This document shows positions 39,301 to 54,300 of a stretch of 64,000 nucleotides of DNA, piece after piece. The notes under the pieces are model-generated. The model had not been told where the DNA came from and made no database searches. It worked only from the letters and a program-made list of their open reading frames with translations. How positions within the stretch are numbered: the stretch's first letter is position 1; the number at the start of each line of letters is the position of its first letter. A program made the translations under genes and the position numbers. This stretch comes from Chiloscyllium plagiosum (taxonomy: Eukaryota): NCBI RefSeq assembly GCF_004010195.1, contig NC_057740.1:20046405-20110404 (forward strand). The letters are read 5' to 3'.

Positions 39301-42300
39301 TGTAGCTCAAATCCTCCAACTTTGGCAACATCCTTGTAAATCATTTCTGAACCCTTTCAAGTTTCACAACATCCTTCCAATAGGGAGGAGACCAGAATTG
39401 CAGTCAATATTCCAAAAGTGGCCTAACCAATGTCCTGTACAGCTTCTTCACATTTTACTGCAAACAGTGACATGCTGTATTACAAAATGCGAATCAGTTG
39501 ATTATACATTTCTGCTGATAAATATTACTTCACTCTAAATTTCTGCTATTTAAAGGCTGCACATAACTTTGCATGTTACACATTGTAATGCAATTTATAG
39601 GATTATCTCAATGTATGAATAAGGGATACTATGCTCGCTTTGCAGTTGCAGCATATTTACATGAGAATTAATATCAGGCAATATCAACACTCTGTCACTG
39701 GCAGGATTTTGTTATCTTAAACATTATACGAACTTAACTAAAAGTGTCAGAAGGAACATGATCATGTTCAATATAAAATTTCAGAATATTTTGATCCTTA
39801 TTTTGAAAAGTTATTGCTTCAGTATAAAAAAAAATCTCTTTAGGCATTTAAACAATGAATTGATATATTCTTGTGAAAAGCTTTGTATTTGACTATCGTC
39901 AGTGTTATGTCACAGTTCTATTACATATTGCTTTAATTCTTTCATTCTTTTTATCTTTCATCTTTGACAGTGCGACAATCAGTGAGCTGACCAAAGCTTA
40001 CGCAATTTGTTATTTCAATAAGAAGTCTGCTGCAGAACAAATTGATCGAGTTACTGTGTACCACCAGTTCAATTACAGCACAGAAAATATCACTAAGCTG
40101 GGAATTTATTCATTGGACAGAACCAGTCTCTATGTAAATGGTATGAATGGCAAGCCTATTTTACATAATGCTTTAAAGAACAATCTAAAATTCCATTGGG
40201 ACTGATGATCATAGGGAATGTGGACTGTCTAATCTGTATTCCAATTGAATGGAATTTATCTTCCACATGGACACTGTTATGATCAGTCCCTAATCAAGGT
40301 TCCCCAATTTGTTATAATTCTGGACAGGATACTCCCAAATGAGGAGAGATTATCTGCCTCCTCTTATTTCAACTCATCTCTTGTCTGTTCTCAAACCAGA
40401 TTCATTTAAAATGAACACTACTTTCCTGGATGCCTTTTCCAAATCCAAATGAATTTGGAGTCAAAGTAACCAGGCTTTCTTGATTTAAAGAAAGATTAAA
40501 TCTATGAGCCACTAAACGCTTGGGCAAACAATAATATGTGGCACACATTCGCATAGTTTACAAAAGTGAATTGAGTAAAAAGATAACATTTGAAAAAAAT
40601 ATACAGTTGTCTCTGGGTTCCATGAAGAGTAGATGGTGGAATGTTATTATCATTAAGCTGAATGATACCAGTAACACTGACAGTTGATTTCAAGATTCTT
40701 GGCTCTCCAATTATCTGCCAAGCCTTTGTCCTGTTTCCTTTTTGATAATAACTTCACTGGTTTGTTTGCCTTCATGTTTTATTGTGAGTGAGGTCTTTCT
40801 TCTACCTATGGTGTAAATTTACCTAATGGCTGTCCTCAAGCTGTGACCTTCACACTGGCACATCAGCCCTCTGATGCACACAAACCAGAACTTGCAGTAT
40901 TTTTTAACCCTTTTTTTGTATATTCCTGGAAGAATAAAACACAAACATGTCTGTACTTTGGAACATAATCTGAAAATGATTGCTTTCTGCTGAGAGATCA
41001 GCTCTCTTTATTTCTTCCCTTTACGTCTCTCTTTTGAAGTTCCCTGATAGTCCATAGGTGTGACACTCCATGGGTTCACAGATAGCTTTTCCAGAAAGCC
41101 ACTGAACCTACATCTGCAGTCATCCTTTGATTGTATGTGCTCTGTTAAAAACCACATGTTGTAATTAAAGTTCAATATGTCCATAAGCAATCCTGGGTTG
41201 TGATAACTTGATAATAATGTTGTAAATTTTACAAGAAGTCGCATCAAGTGCTCAAACCTTTTCTGCCATCATTAAGATTATTGTATCAAAAACATGACAC
41301 ATTTGGCATTATATTCAGATTTCCAAATGACTCCAACACATTATTCTATTTTCAGGCTATCACGAAGCAATACCTCCAACCAGTGAGTATGATCATTTCA
41401 GTTGGTTTCTTTGTTAACACTTCGATATTTGCAGTCATCATACAGCTTCAGTTGTTTTAATCCAAGTATTTTCTGTTTATCGTTCCACGGTTATTTCTGT
41501 AACATCAATTCTAACATTAACATTTCACATTGAACAATGAGCGCATAAATATGAATTTTGAGATTTCAGTTAAATGTTGCAAGTATCTCTATTTGTTTTG
41601 CATATGTATGGTATAACATAGATCAGCATTGGAATAGCATTGATCATTCCAGTCCCTAATTATTTATATTTCCAGTGGATACATCAAATCAGGACCAATC
41701 TTCACCTGAATTTAATGTGACTTTCATTATAACCAATTTGCCATTCACGGAAGCACTACATAACCACTTATCACCATTGTATCAATCAGCATCTTCGATT
41801 ATTACTTATGAGGTACATCATCAGAATGAAATTTATTCAAATTAATTGCTGACCATTCATATTTTCCTTTTTTTAAAAAAACTGAAAATATCTTTCTTTC
41901 AGCTCAACCTAATGTACAGCAAGAGTAATATAAGTACTGAGTTTACAGACTGTAAAGTAATCTCCTTAAGGTAAGAGATTTCTTATGGTACTCAATCTTC
42001 AGGTTTTAATTGAATCCATGAAGCTTAAGCACAGAACACTTCCATTTGGCTCTTTATCGCTTTGTTAGTATTACATCCAAAACAGTCACAGGTTATTTCA
42101 CTGAACATGCCCAATAGGTTTGAACAATATTTTGCTTCAAGTGATTATCTCAGTTTTCTTAGAAATCTCATTGCTATTTGTGACATTACTCCCCATTGTC
42201 TCATCTAATTTCCCTTCAAATTATTTCTACAAGCTGCTTCATTTATGCTTTCTATGACATTTCTACATTGAAGCTCTGCTTTCTAATGATTCAACAATGA

Positions 42301-45300
42301 ATGGAAATTGTTCATCATTATTCACCCTTCGATTCTTAAACATCTTTTTGATAAACTCATCAAATAAAAATTGTTTCATTTTGGACAGTTGTTGCTGATA
42401 CATCATTATTCTTATATTTTTACTTTCTATATACAAATATTTATGTTCTGCATCACAGAATGAGACTCAATTGATTGTACTTCTCTGCATTTTTTAAAAT
42501 TTGCTTTCTTCATCTTTTATAAATATAGACAAACTTGCACAATATGTATGTGAAATTTTTTTTAACACATGGTAACTTCACAGAAATCAGTACACTACAA
42601 TAATCCTGCAGCTGCAGAACATTTAAACTACTATTAATATCTGACAACATGACATGTCTGTTACTGACAGGATTTTGTAATTTCAGTACTTACATAAACT
42701 TTCCAAAAATTATGTAGCATTTTGTACAGAATAAAATTACTGAATGTACTGTTCTTTTTAAAACCTATTGCTTATGATGTTTAAAGAATGAATTAATAAA
42801 TTATGGGAAGCAACACACAGTTGAGCAACTCCAGTTTTACTTCACCATTCATTCAGATGTTTCTAAATTGTCATTACTATTTTCCACTTTTGCAGTGCCA
42901 CAAACAATCAGGAGACCAGAGTGTTTGCAAATTGTTCCTTCAATAATATATCTGCTGGACATGTCGATAGAGTTACTGCATATCATCAGTTTAATTCCAA
43001 CACAAAGAACATCACTGAATTGGGACCTTATTCTTTGGAGAAAAACAGTCTCTATGTAAATGGTATGAATTGCCTTATTATTTTGCATTATACTGAAGAA
43101 ACCACTGATGGAGTGAACTGGGGACCTGTGTTCACAGGGAGAGTCGGGCCAGATAATCCTTACATTTATATTGATAGGGTTTAGTTTATCTTAGTCACTT
43201 GGATGGTTGGTTTGTAATGCAGAGTGTCACCAACAGTGTGGATTCAATTCCTGTACTGACTGAGTTACCCTGAAGGATTCTCCTACTCAACCTCACCCCT
43301 GACTTGGCATTGTGACCCTCAAGTTAAACCATTGTCTCTCTCCAATGAGAGAGTGATCCTGCAGTGTTGTAAGACTATGCTAACTTTACCTTTACTGTAA
43401 TTGAATGGAGTTCCTTTGAATTTTGTTCACTCTCTGTAAGTCTGACACTATTTATCCTGTCTTTTTTACTGCTGCAATATATTTACTGTACTTAAACATG
43501 ACACATGTTGTACTATATTCAGAACAGTATCAGAATTCAATACAAATGCATTAAATTACACTACTTTCTTTTCAGACTACCAGGAAACAACTGGTTCAAA
43601 TGGTGAGTATGATTTCTGCTTGTTTCCTTTGTCAGTGTTGAATAATCTGTACTTCCATTTTGTCACAATGAAGAAACTCAACACCATTCCTCTTGACAAA
43701 ATTGCCCATTTGCTTGCCACACTGGCTGCCACCTTAAAAGTTAATTCGTTCAGAAATGACATACAGTGGCAGCAGAGTTTATGACCTCCAATACACACCG
43801 CAGCAATTCACCAAGGCTCCTTTGAGAGCACCTTCCAAACCTGGGATATCTACCACACAGCAGAGCAAAGGCAAAAGATACATGGGAATACCACCATCGG
43901 TAGCTTCTCCTTGAAGCCACACACCAATCCTGACTGAGACATATATCACTTTTCTTCCACTGACACTGGATCAAAATCACAGTTCTTCCATCCCATCAGC
44001 ACTGCTGATGTACCAACACCAACCGGAGTGTGTCAAGGAGAAAGCTTATCACCACCTTCTCAAGGACAATTAATAAATGTTGATTGAGCTAATGATATCC
44101 ACATCCTGTGAAAGGATACAACAAATGGTCTTGTTATATTTATTATTTTAACAAATCTCTTATAGTTTTCCTCATCATTCAATAATTATTCTGGAATATC
44201 ATGAGGAATTGTTTTTTCATATTAAGTAATGTTGGTTTCACTGTCAATGCTTAATTAAATATGCTTGATGTGTGGGATGTCAGTGGTATAATGGTAATGT
44301 CACTGAACTATTAATAGTATAAAAAGGCCAACTGCTTCACCAATGTATTTTTGGAAGACTCAATCTATTATACTTTAAGTCCAGAATCTCAACAATGTGT
44401 TTGAGTTTAAAATACTCTTTCAGATGGTCAAGCATGCTGTTAGGTTCAAAAGTAATTCAGGATCAGTGTTCAAAATGCATAAGGATGGCAGGTGAATTCT
44501 CCCTCAGCGGTGGCCAAAATGTCTCGGAAATAAGAATTCTAGGGGTGACCAAGGAGATAAAGATTTTCCCCTGATATTGAACTGAGAGACATTGAAATCA
44601 GCAGCTACTCCACTCACAGGCTCTGAAAGCTAGTGCTTCCAATTAAACCTGTTGGACAATAACCTGTTGTTGTGTGATTTTTAACTTTGTACACCCCAGT
44701 CCAACACCAGCATCTCCAAATCCTTGCAAATCAATCTGCTTTTTATGTAGTGTGTTATTTAATAAGAAAGGCTTTGTTGCTCATTTATTCTTGCTGTCTG
44801 GTGTCACTTTAAGTATTAAGTTGTCACAGCAATTAAAGTTTCTCTTGTGTGTTGTGGCTTTAAGATTAATGGCGGTTTGATGATCATTGTGAAACTGATG
44901 AATTCATCTCAGTTTCATTCTGTGAATCTAAATACTCTATCTGTCAGCTCATATAGAGAAGGTAAAGGAGTTAGTGAGAATGCAAAATAGCCCTCATGAG
45001 ATCTCCAGACAAATGTTCAAATTTTCTTTTGAATCTTGAATATTGCTTATATAGGACACAGTTTGGTGAATTTTTTTTTGCACTGCACATATCAGGACAA
45101 TTCACAAGAATGCTAATTCAAGGGTATGACCAGCATTTATACAGCACAAGAGGACAACTGAATTGAATTGAATTGAATTTATTGTCACATGTACTGAGGC
45201 ACAGTGAAAAGCTTTGCCTTGTGAGCAATACAGGCAGATCACAGAGTTAAGTAGCATAGATAAGTAAATAATAGGTAAACAGCAGCAAAAACAAAAACAC

Positions 45301-48300
45301 AGGTACAAGCAAATGTTAAGAATTTGTGAGTCCATTCAGTATTCTAACAACAATAGGGTAGAAACTGTTTTGAAACCGGCTGGTAAGTGTGTTCAGGCTT
45401 CTGTACCTTCTCCACGATGGTAGAGGTTGTAGGAAAACATTGCCAGGGTGGGATGGATGTTTGAGAATACTGGCGGCCTTTCCTTGACAGTGGGCCTGCT
45501 AGATGGATTCTATAGATGGGACGTTGGCTTTTGCGATTATTCAGGCCGAGTTCACCACTGTCTGTAACCATCTCCAATCTTGAATGGTGCAGTTGCCATA
45601 GCAGGTAGTGATACAAACAGACAGAATGCTCTTGATGGTGTACCTACAGAAGTTGGCAAGGGTATTTGCCAAATTTCCTCAGGTGCCTGAGGAAGAAGAC
45701 ATTGTTGGGCCTTGGTAACCAGTGCATCCACATGAAGAGTCCAACAAAGCTTGTTGTGGATGACCCTCCCAGGAGCTTGACATTCTCCATTTGTTCCACC
45801 TCTGTGCTTTTAATGTGTAGGGGGGCATGAGAAACATCCAGCTAAAAGTCAATAATGAGTTCCTTGATTTTGCCAGCATTGAGAGCTAGTTTGATTGGTT
45901 GGCAAGTGGATCCTGACTGGCAAGTGCATTGCTATGACAGTGACATACAAACCTATAAAACTCTCATATATTACCAAATTACTATTCTTACTTTTGTTTG
46001 GAATGACATTGCTAGTGGTGTACACATCTCAAACATTTTTTTTGAAAAACCTGAGTTAATTTAAGAAAATGTTTTGTTTTCTCATTAATTTTATATTTCC
46101 CCAGTTAGTTATATAATTTATTCAACTGAGCAATCCTAAAACACAATGCTTTTCATGCTTAATAATAATTGTCAGAATTAATATTGACACTTGCAAATAA
46201 ATGTTGTTTTGTTTTGAATGACTTGTTTATAGCATGATTGGAACTGAAAATGTATTATTATAGCTCCATTGTTGGTTTTGAATATAATTCTGTATACTTC
46301 TACTCAAAGCAGCAAAACTGAACCAATCTCCATCAGAATTTAATGTGACCTTCACTATAACCAGTTTGCCATTCGTGGAATCTTTGCATGACCACACATC
46401 ATCACTGTACCAATCAGCGTCAACTATTATTACTCATGAGGTACACCATCAGAACAATATTTATTCAAATGATTTGCTGATCATTCATATTTTCATCTTT
46501 TGAAACAATAAAAATGTATTTCTTACAGCTAAACACCTTATACAATGAAAGTGAAATTAGCTCTGAGTTTATTGACTGCAAAGTAATCTCCTTAAGGTAA
46601 GAGATCTTCTGTATTATCCCTTTCATTCAAACTAAGCAATCTTTTAAGCTATGTGTCACTTTGTCTGCACAGGAAAGTATTATTTTCATTTCACTGATCT
46701 TGTCCCACATCATTTGATTATTTCCTTTTCAGTCATTCTCACATATCTCTTAAGAATACCTGATTGTCCCATTTGAGGTGTCTTTTTGTATAATCTACTG
46801 ACTGTCTAGTACACAATATTACCTCAACTCTGTTTCATTTATGTATTTGCATCTTCCAAATGTGTAGCTTCCTCTGCAATGGTCCACCCAACCTGTCAAA
46901 ATTATTTGTCATTATTTACTCTTGAAAACTTTTAAAACTTTCGTCAAGTAAAAGGTTTGTGATTTGTGACAGTTGCAGCTGACCAAATCAGATTCTAATT
47001 TATTCTATTCTAATATATTAACCTCTTCTGAATTCTAGATTTTGTGAACAATTATATTCCATATTACAGAAAGTGATTCAATTGTTTGCATTTATCTGGT
47101 AATAAATGCTATTTGTGTCTCCATCCTTTAAGAGCTACGCACAAATTTAATGTACTTCGTACCTAAATGTCACTTAAAAACTAATCTTCCAGTATAAACT
47201 AAACTTCTAACTTTTGGTTTGTGATCACAGCACACATCTTTTTACTTCACAGAAGTTTTAAAAGTTTTGAAAAGTTTGAAGAGTAAATAATGACAAATAA
47301 CTTGGATTGGTTTGGTGAAACATTGGAGAGGAAGCTACACTGTTAGACTTGACAACGTAATAAAGCTTTGAAGGTAGCACAGAAGTTGTCTCAATGCATA
47401 TATGAACCTCCTAATAAATTGTCACATAGAATTGCATTGTTTTCTATTCAGTTCTGATTTAGCAAAATATACATTCAAATTGGATCCAGTGTTACTTCAA
47501 CATCGTGTTGCATATTTCTTTAATTGTTTTTTTTATTCTTTGGCAGTGCCACAAGCAGTCAATTTACCAAAGTGTATGCAATCTGTTCCTTTGCCAATGA
47601 TTCTGCTGCAGAACAAATTGATAGAGTTATTGCATACCAGCAGTTCAATTACAGCACAATAAACATCACTACTCTGGGACCTTATTATCTGGACAGTAAC
47701 AGTCTCTTTGTAAATGGTATGAACATTTTACAGTTTGCTTTTTGGGTGTGAACATCACTGACAACGATATATAGGTGCTGGTGTTGGACTGGGCTGGACA
47801 AAGTTAAAAATCACACAACACCAGGTTATGGTTCAACAGGTTTATTTGGAAGCACTTGCTTTCGAAGTGTGGTTCCTTCATCAGGTTGCTGTGGAGCAGA
47901 ATCTTTTACTATAAATTCTGTGTCTTATGATCCAAGCTACGCGATGAAGGAGCAGCGCTCTGGAAGCAAGTACTTCCAAATAAACCTGTTGTACCACAAC
48001 CTGGTGTTGTGTGACTTTTAACTTTTATCACCGGCAAAGCCAGTGTTTATTGTCAATCCTTTATAAAACCTTCTAGTTATTTTACATCATATTTAAAAGC
48101 CAATCTAGAATCTCCTGAGTGCAGTTGTGTTCACAGAGGGCATGGTTCATATTTTGCATTCTGATATTGTAATGCTGCCTCAAAATGGAATGCCTGTTGA
48201 ATTCAACTTTTCTGCAGGGAATATGCCACTGCATTGTTCCTTCTTATATTGGATTAAATGCTCCAAAGATATTCAACTTCGTTTTTGCGCAAGGCATATG

Positions 48301-51300
48301 CACTATTTTAGGGGAATATAACAGGAAAGCTTCCATTGTGTTATACAGTGGATCTAATGGAGTCCACATCACATTAAATTCTATACAATCTGAGGATGTC
48401 TCCAATTCATTGGGAGGAGGCAATTGCAGCCTATTCTGAGAGGAGCTGTTGTGTTTTCCGTAGCTCCTGATAGTCCTTCGTGATTATGTCTAGCAAGTTA
48501 ATGTAAACTACTTATTTCTATCAGGCAATATCTCTCATTATGTGAGGCAAGTGTCTCTTCAGTTTATACTCATCTGCAGTCTATCCTCCACCACTGATAG
48601 TGAGGTAGATTTTAGAGTCAGTTTAGAGAGAGGAGATTGCTGGCAGTGGACTACTCAAACCAGAATACAACAACTTCTAATTGACTAATTTAACTCTGAT
48701 GTACTATTCTCTTACAGGCTATCACGAGCCCACCACTCAAATCAGTGAGTATGATTTTAGTAATTTTGCTCATTACTTCTCTAAAATACTCTAACATAAT
48801 AATATCTTTAAGATCTAGTGATTTATTTCAGTTTACAAGTTATTTTAGGTAGGAAGACTGCATGTATGTTGCAGTATTTCAACACATCCATTGTTTTATT
48901 TCTGAGTGTGAAATGTCATATGGGAACTTATCTCCAATTTGAATATTGATTTCTGTGAAAACCTATGTTTCATTTAAAGTTGTTTCACTTAAAGTTATAG
49001 TTTTCATGAATCTAACTATAACTTAAGCAATTACAGTGATTGGAAAATTTAAATGACCTGACAATCAGATTGCAGATGTCCTCTTTCTTTAATGATCTTC
49101 ACATTTTAGTTGCCCCATCTCACATAATTATGAAATACATCTACATGGCTATGAAAAGAATTAGAATAGATAGCCATTTCTCTATGCAGCATCTTACACA
49201 ATCTTCACAAAATGGCTATAAACTCCCAGAAAGTGTTACGGAGAAGGAAAAAGTCCATGAACAGGAGTTGCAGGTCATGATTGAGGCCATAAACCTATTT
49301 TTTTGTGACCAGGCACACCATTGGGAGGGGCTCAAAGTAAACGTACTTTAGCAGAGTCTGAAGATGGAAAGTCACCACCTGGGTGCAAAGGCACATCCTG
49401 CCTTCACTGCGTCTCCAAGAAGGAGATGCGGTGCCTCAGCAGTGCAGCCATTTGTACCAGAAGATGTAGATGAGCGTCTTCTATATCTTTATGACAAACG
49501 CCAGAAGAGGCATCAAAGGGGCCAACCAATACCATAACATGGCAGTGGTCAGCTGGTTTATGGCCAACATTTGACTCCTGTAGGACAGCACTCACAGCAG
49601 TAATGTCCAGCGCCCTTGGTGAGTAACGAGTTTGGTTTCTGGCTTTTGCCAGTTCACCAGTCAGGATTCTACAGCAGGACTGAAATGGAGTAGAGGAGAT
49701 GGGTAGTAATCAGGCAAAATGCCTGAGCTTATCAGGCTGACAATTCATCTAGCACTGACTGACCAGGAGTCCAAATCTCATCTGACTACGTTCTCTCAGT
49801 CCTTAGTCAAACAAAGCTCATACCTTGTGTTTCTTTAACAACATAATCAACTAACCATTAACAAAAGTTACTTGCTTGAACAACACAAGTGATGGCATGG
49901 AAATTGGGAAATGTACTCAAGCAGCAAATTCATAGAGTTAATTATCTAATGTCCACATCACCTGATGTTCAGGCTATTTCACAGTCTTTTGGCACCATCC
50001 TGTGGTGTTTCTCTTTCCAGGTTTATAGCTTGATTGGATTGAAAACTTGCCAAATGTAAACTTAGTCTTCTCTTATGTTGCACCTCAACTGTATCATGTT
50101 TATACTTTTAAAGACTCGTATGCATTGCTAATTCATGAAGATTTGTTAACCATTCTTATATAGTTATTTCCTTCACTCCACATGGAAATTATTTACATAT
50201 GTATCAGGATGCCTGGAAAATAGCCCAATCCAATATTGAGTCAGATGTCTTTCAAGCATTCTTTATTAACATGTCAGCCCTCAAAGTTTTCTCTTGGTGT
50301 GCCTGTTTTAGAGTCAGCTTGTACCCTTAATATAAGTGAAGAATGGAGGGCTTTTGTGGTCATGACCCCTGAGCCAGGAGACTTAGGTTCAAGCCCCACT
50401 TACTGCAGAGATGTGCTATAATGTCTCTGACCAATTCTGAGGCAGGGTCACCAGACCTGAAGTATAAACTCTGACTTCTCTCCACAGATGCAGCCAAACC
50501 TGCTGAGCCTTTCCAGCAATATTTGTCTTTGTTAAAGTCTCGAACAAGTTGTTTAAAAAATATCTATAACAGGAGAACATTGCTAACATCCAAACTGTTA
50601 TGAGCCAGCAGTTTTAAGGAAGCATTATTTCTGTAGCAATACTAATGATTCAGTTTGAACGTAAAAACTCATCAGAATCAAAATTTTGAAATGTGGAAAC
50701 TAAGATTAGAAAACAGTGACATTTTTTCTCCATTTTTTACACATTGCTGAAATGTTCACACAATGGCTTCAAACTGCCTCAGTTTTGTTTCTATTGTAAA
50801 ATGTAAAGAATAAAGATCTGAAATAAAGCTCTCAATGTATTTAATTCTGCGCTCGCTATCTTTCCAGATGAACCACCAGTCATGCCTGTGACACAAAATC
50901 CAATTGAGGGCCAGAAACCTTTGTGCTTCAATGTGTCTTTTGGCATCACAAACTTACCACTCAATCCAGCCCTATTTGATACCACTTCACCATTGTATCT
51001 GTCTGCATCAAGTACTATGATTCATCAGGTATATCTAAATAAGCCAAAAGAATATTTATTAAAAAAATTATCTTAAGTAATGTCAAGATCTTATTAAATC
51101 GTGATTTCTTTGCAGCTCAATAACTTATATCGCAACAGCAATATAAATGCAGCATTTTTAGAATGTACAATCACCTCTTTAAGGTAAGAAATCTTCTTTA
51201 GCTGTTGCAGATTTGATTGTAAATTGAAGAGTACGTAGAATTTAACTCCTTTATATCTTTTACCTTGTTGCTGATGTATCTCAAGAGCTTCTTACATAAA

Positions 51301-54300
51301 CAACTTTTTTATTTTAAAATGAAGACTGGAATAAGAAATTTTTTATTTAGTGAATGGCTCAATGTTAAATTGTATGATTTGTTCCCACAATGTTGTTGTA
51401 CAACCTGGCGTCCATGAAGAAAGAGTCTGTTTATAAAAAAGAAAATCACAAATACTTTTAGATTTTTACAGTCATGAATTTTTAAAAAAATGAAAACAAT
51501 ATTCACATAATTCCCTTTAAAAATCTAACTTTATAAGGTAAATATGGATCAGTGAAAATAAACATTTCTAATGTTATGAGACTGCATGAGTCATTTTTAT
51601 CAGCCAAGATGAATACTTCAGGACCAGTGCAGTTATGCATAAGCAAAACATGGTTAAAGTTAATAAGAACAAGGAAAATGCTGGAAATACTCAGTAAAAC
51701 TGGATTCTAATGAAAGGATATTGATCTGAACTAGTAACTTTTGTACATCTCCCCAGGTGTTACTGGATCTGCTGAATATTTCCAGCATTTTCTGTTTTTA
51801 TATCAGATTTCTAGTTTCCTTAATAGTTTGTTTTTGTGAGTAGATTTGGTTTCTTTGAATGCATCATTCCAAAAGTGAGTTCATAACGTGTCTTAAGAAC
51901 TATTCCATTCTATTCTGAGGAATATCAAGGAGGGATATTGACTGTTTATTTCCCTGATTTTTAAAAATTCAGTATATATGAGGATAAACATTCATTTGAC
52001 TGGTATATGATATTTTAGGAATCACCACTAAGTATTTTAAAATATATTTGCCTAATCAAATCCTATCACTAAACCGTCATCAAGGAATGGGAATGCATTT
52101 TGATAGCAGCAAATTCATGTCTATTGGCCTTTACACTGTGTGTCATTGAGTTGGGTTTGAGTTTGAAATCAGTCCAAAGTGGTTGACTTATACCCCAAAA
52201 TAGATCGAACATGATCTGACACTTCCAATAAAGTTCATTTTAAATACCTTTAAATTTCAACTTACTTCAATTCTTTCTGTTGATGATAATTGACAGTGGC
52301 CAATTGGAGTGCTCCCAACTGGTCTCTAGGCAGAATACTATTGTTACCTCTACTGGGTCAATCTCCTAATATCCTTTCCTGAAAGAATTTCAAAGTAAAA
52401 TACTATGCAAACACCTGACCCTCCTGCATGTTGTGACAAGCAATTATTGACCAGCAGAGTTAAAATATATTTGCACTCTCTATTCAAAAGCAATAATAAT
52501 TTAAGCCATAGAGTCACAGAGTCATAGAGATGTACAGCACGGAACAGACCCTTCATTCCGACTCATCAGTGCCAACCAGATATCCCAACCTTATCTAGTC
52601 CCAGTTGCCAGCACGTGGCCCATATCCCTTTAAACCCTTCATATCCATATACCCATCTATATGCCTTTTAAATGCTGTAATTGTACCAGCCTCTGCCATT
52701 TCCTCTGGCAGCTCATTCCATACATGCACCACCTCTGCAAAAAAGTTGCCTCTTAGGTCCCTTTTATATCTTTCTCCCCCCTCACTCTCCAACCTTCTTT
52801 TAGATATTTGTGATATGCATGTTAAAGTTAAAGTTATGCAATTCATTCAAATGGATTAACTGAAATCTATCTGAAGATGAATATTATTACTTATGAACTG
52901 TGATTACAAATATTTTTGTTTCTGGCAGTGCTACAAATGAGATTTACGTGAAAGTACAAGCAGCTTGTGCTTTCAGAAATGGTCCTCAGAAAGTTGATGA
53001 AGTTATTGTGAAGCAGGCATTCCAAGAAAGAACAAACAATACCTCAACTCTAACAACGTACACACTTGAAAGCAACAGTCTCCTGATAACTGGTAACTAA
53101 CTATTGACAGTTTAATTTAATCTCTATCTTAACAAATGTCCTTCGTATATTTCAATCAGACTATCCATATCAGATACAATTTCAGCTGAGATAACTTGTG
53201 CGAGCAATGTTCATTTGCTTCGTCATTTATTGAACCATGTTCTCAACCAGCGAACTAGTATGTTTGTTAGTTGCTAAATTACAACATTTATTCATTTAAG
53301 AAATTAACTAAATTTATTTGTAATTTTTCATTACAATGCCAATGGGCAGTATTTGGAGAAGAGTCCATTGTTCCACTGGTCTCTATGTACAATTACTAAC
53401 TATTGACCTACTGACCGCTGGATTATTATAATCTTGTTTTAGATTAATTTCACTGTTAGGTTGCTGCATTTAAAAATAAATCTTGTGTATTCTGACACAA
53501 GAGATGTTAGCATTTGGGATTGGAGTTTCTCCTCATTTTGAGCCAATGTATAAATAACCCACATTCCCTGGTCACAGGTTTTGAAGAAAAATGTTTCTTT
53601 TACTCTAACTTAATTATTAGCCCTGAATTAACATATAAGTATAATGCGTTTTGAGAAGATTTGTAGCTCAGGTTGAGGTTCTGGATCATTTTCTGGCTCA
53701 GCTGGAAGGATCATTTTCACACGTTTTGTCACCATACTAGTTAACATCATAAGTGAGCCTCTAGATGAAGCGCTAGTGGTATGGCCCACTTTCTATTTAT
53801 GTGTTTGGGTTTCCTTGAGTTGGTGGTGCCATTTCCTCCAGTGATGTCATTTCCTGTGGTGATGCCAGTTCCTATTCTTTTTCTCCTGAGAAAAAAGATC
53901 AGGAAATGGCATCACCACAGGAAATAGCATCACCACAGAAAATGACATCACCAACTCAAGGAAACCCAAACACATAAATAGAAAATGGGCCATACCACCA
54001 ATGCTTCATCCAGAGGCTCACTGATAATGTTACCTAGTATAGTGACAAAACATCTGAAAATGAACCTTCCAGTTCAGCGAGCAATGACATCACCAACTCA
54101 AGGAAACCCAAACACATAAATAGAAAATGGGCCATACCACCAGTGCTTCATCCAGAGGCTCACTGATAATGTTACCTAGTATAGTGACAAAACATCTGAA
54201 AATGAACCTTCCAGTTCAGCGAGCAAACCTACATCCATATGAGTATAATGCTGGAGTGGGGATATCATAATTTCCCTGATACAGACTGTCATTTTGATAT

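Noticed and set aside
12297-48744. Regularly recurring agatta(c/t)catga motif as a CRISPR-like or regulatory array
   Set aside because: These are the splice acceptors and first codons of 27-nt coding micro-exons spaced kilobases apart in a eukaryotic gene.
49230-49760. Possible Myb/SANT-like remnant of a Harbinger-type element
   Set aside because: Too degenerate to support from the sequence alone; it would need a translated HMM search.
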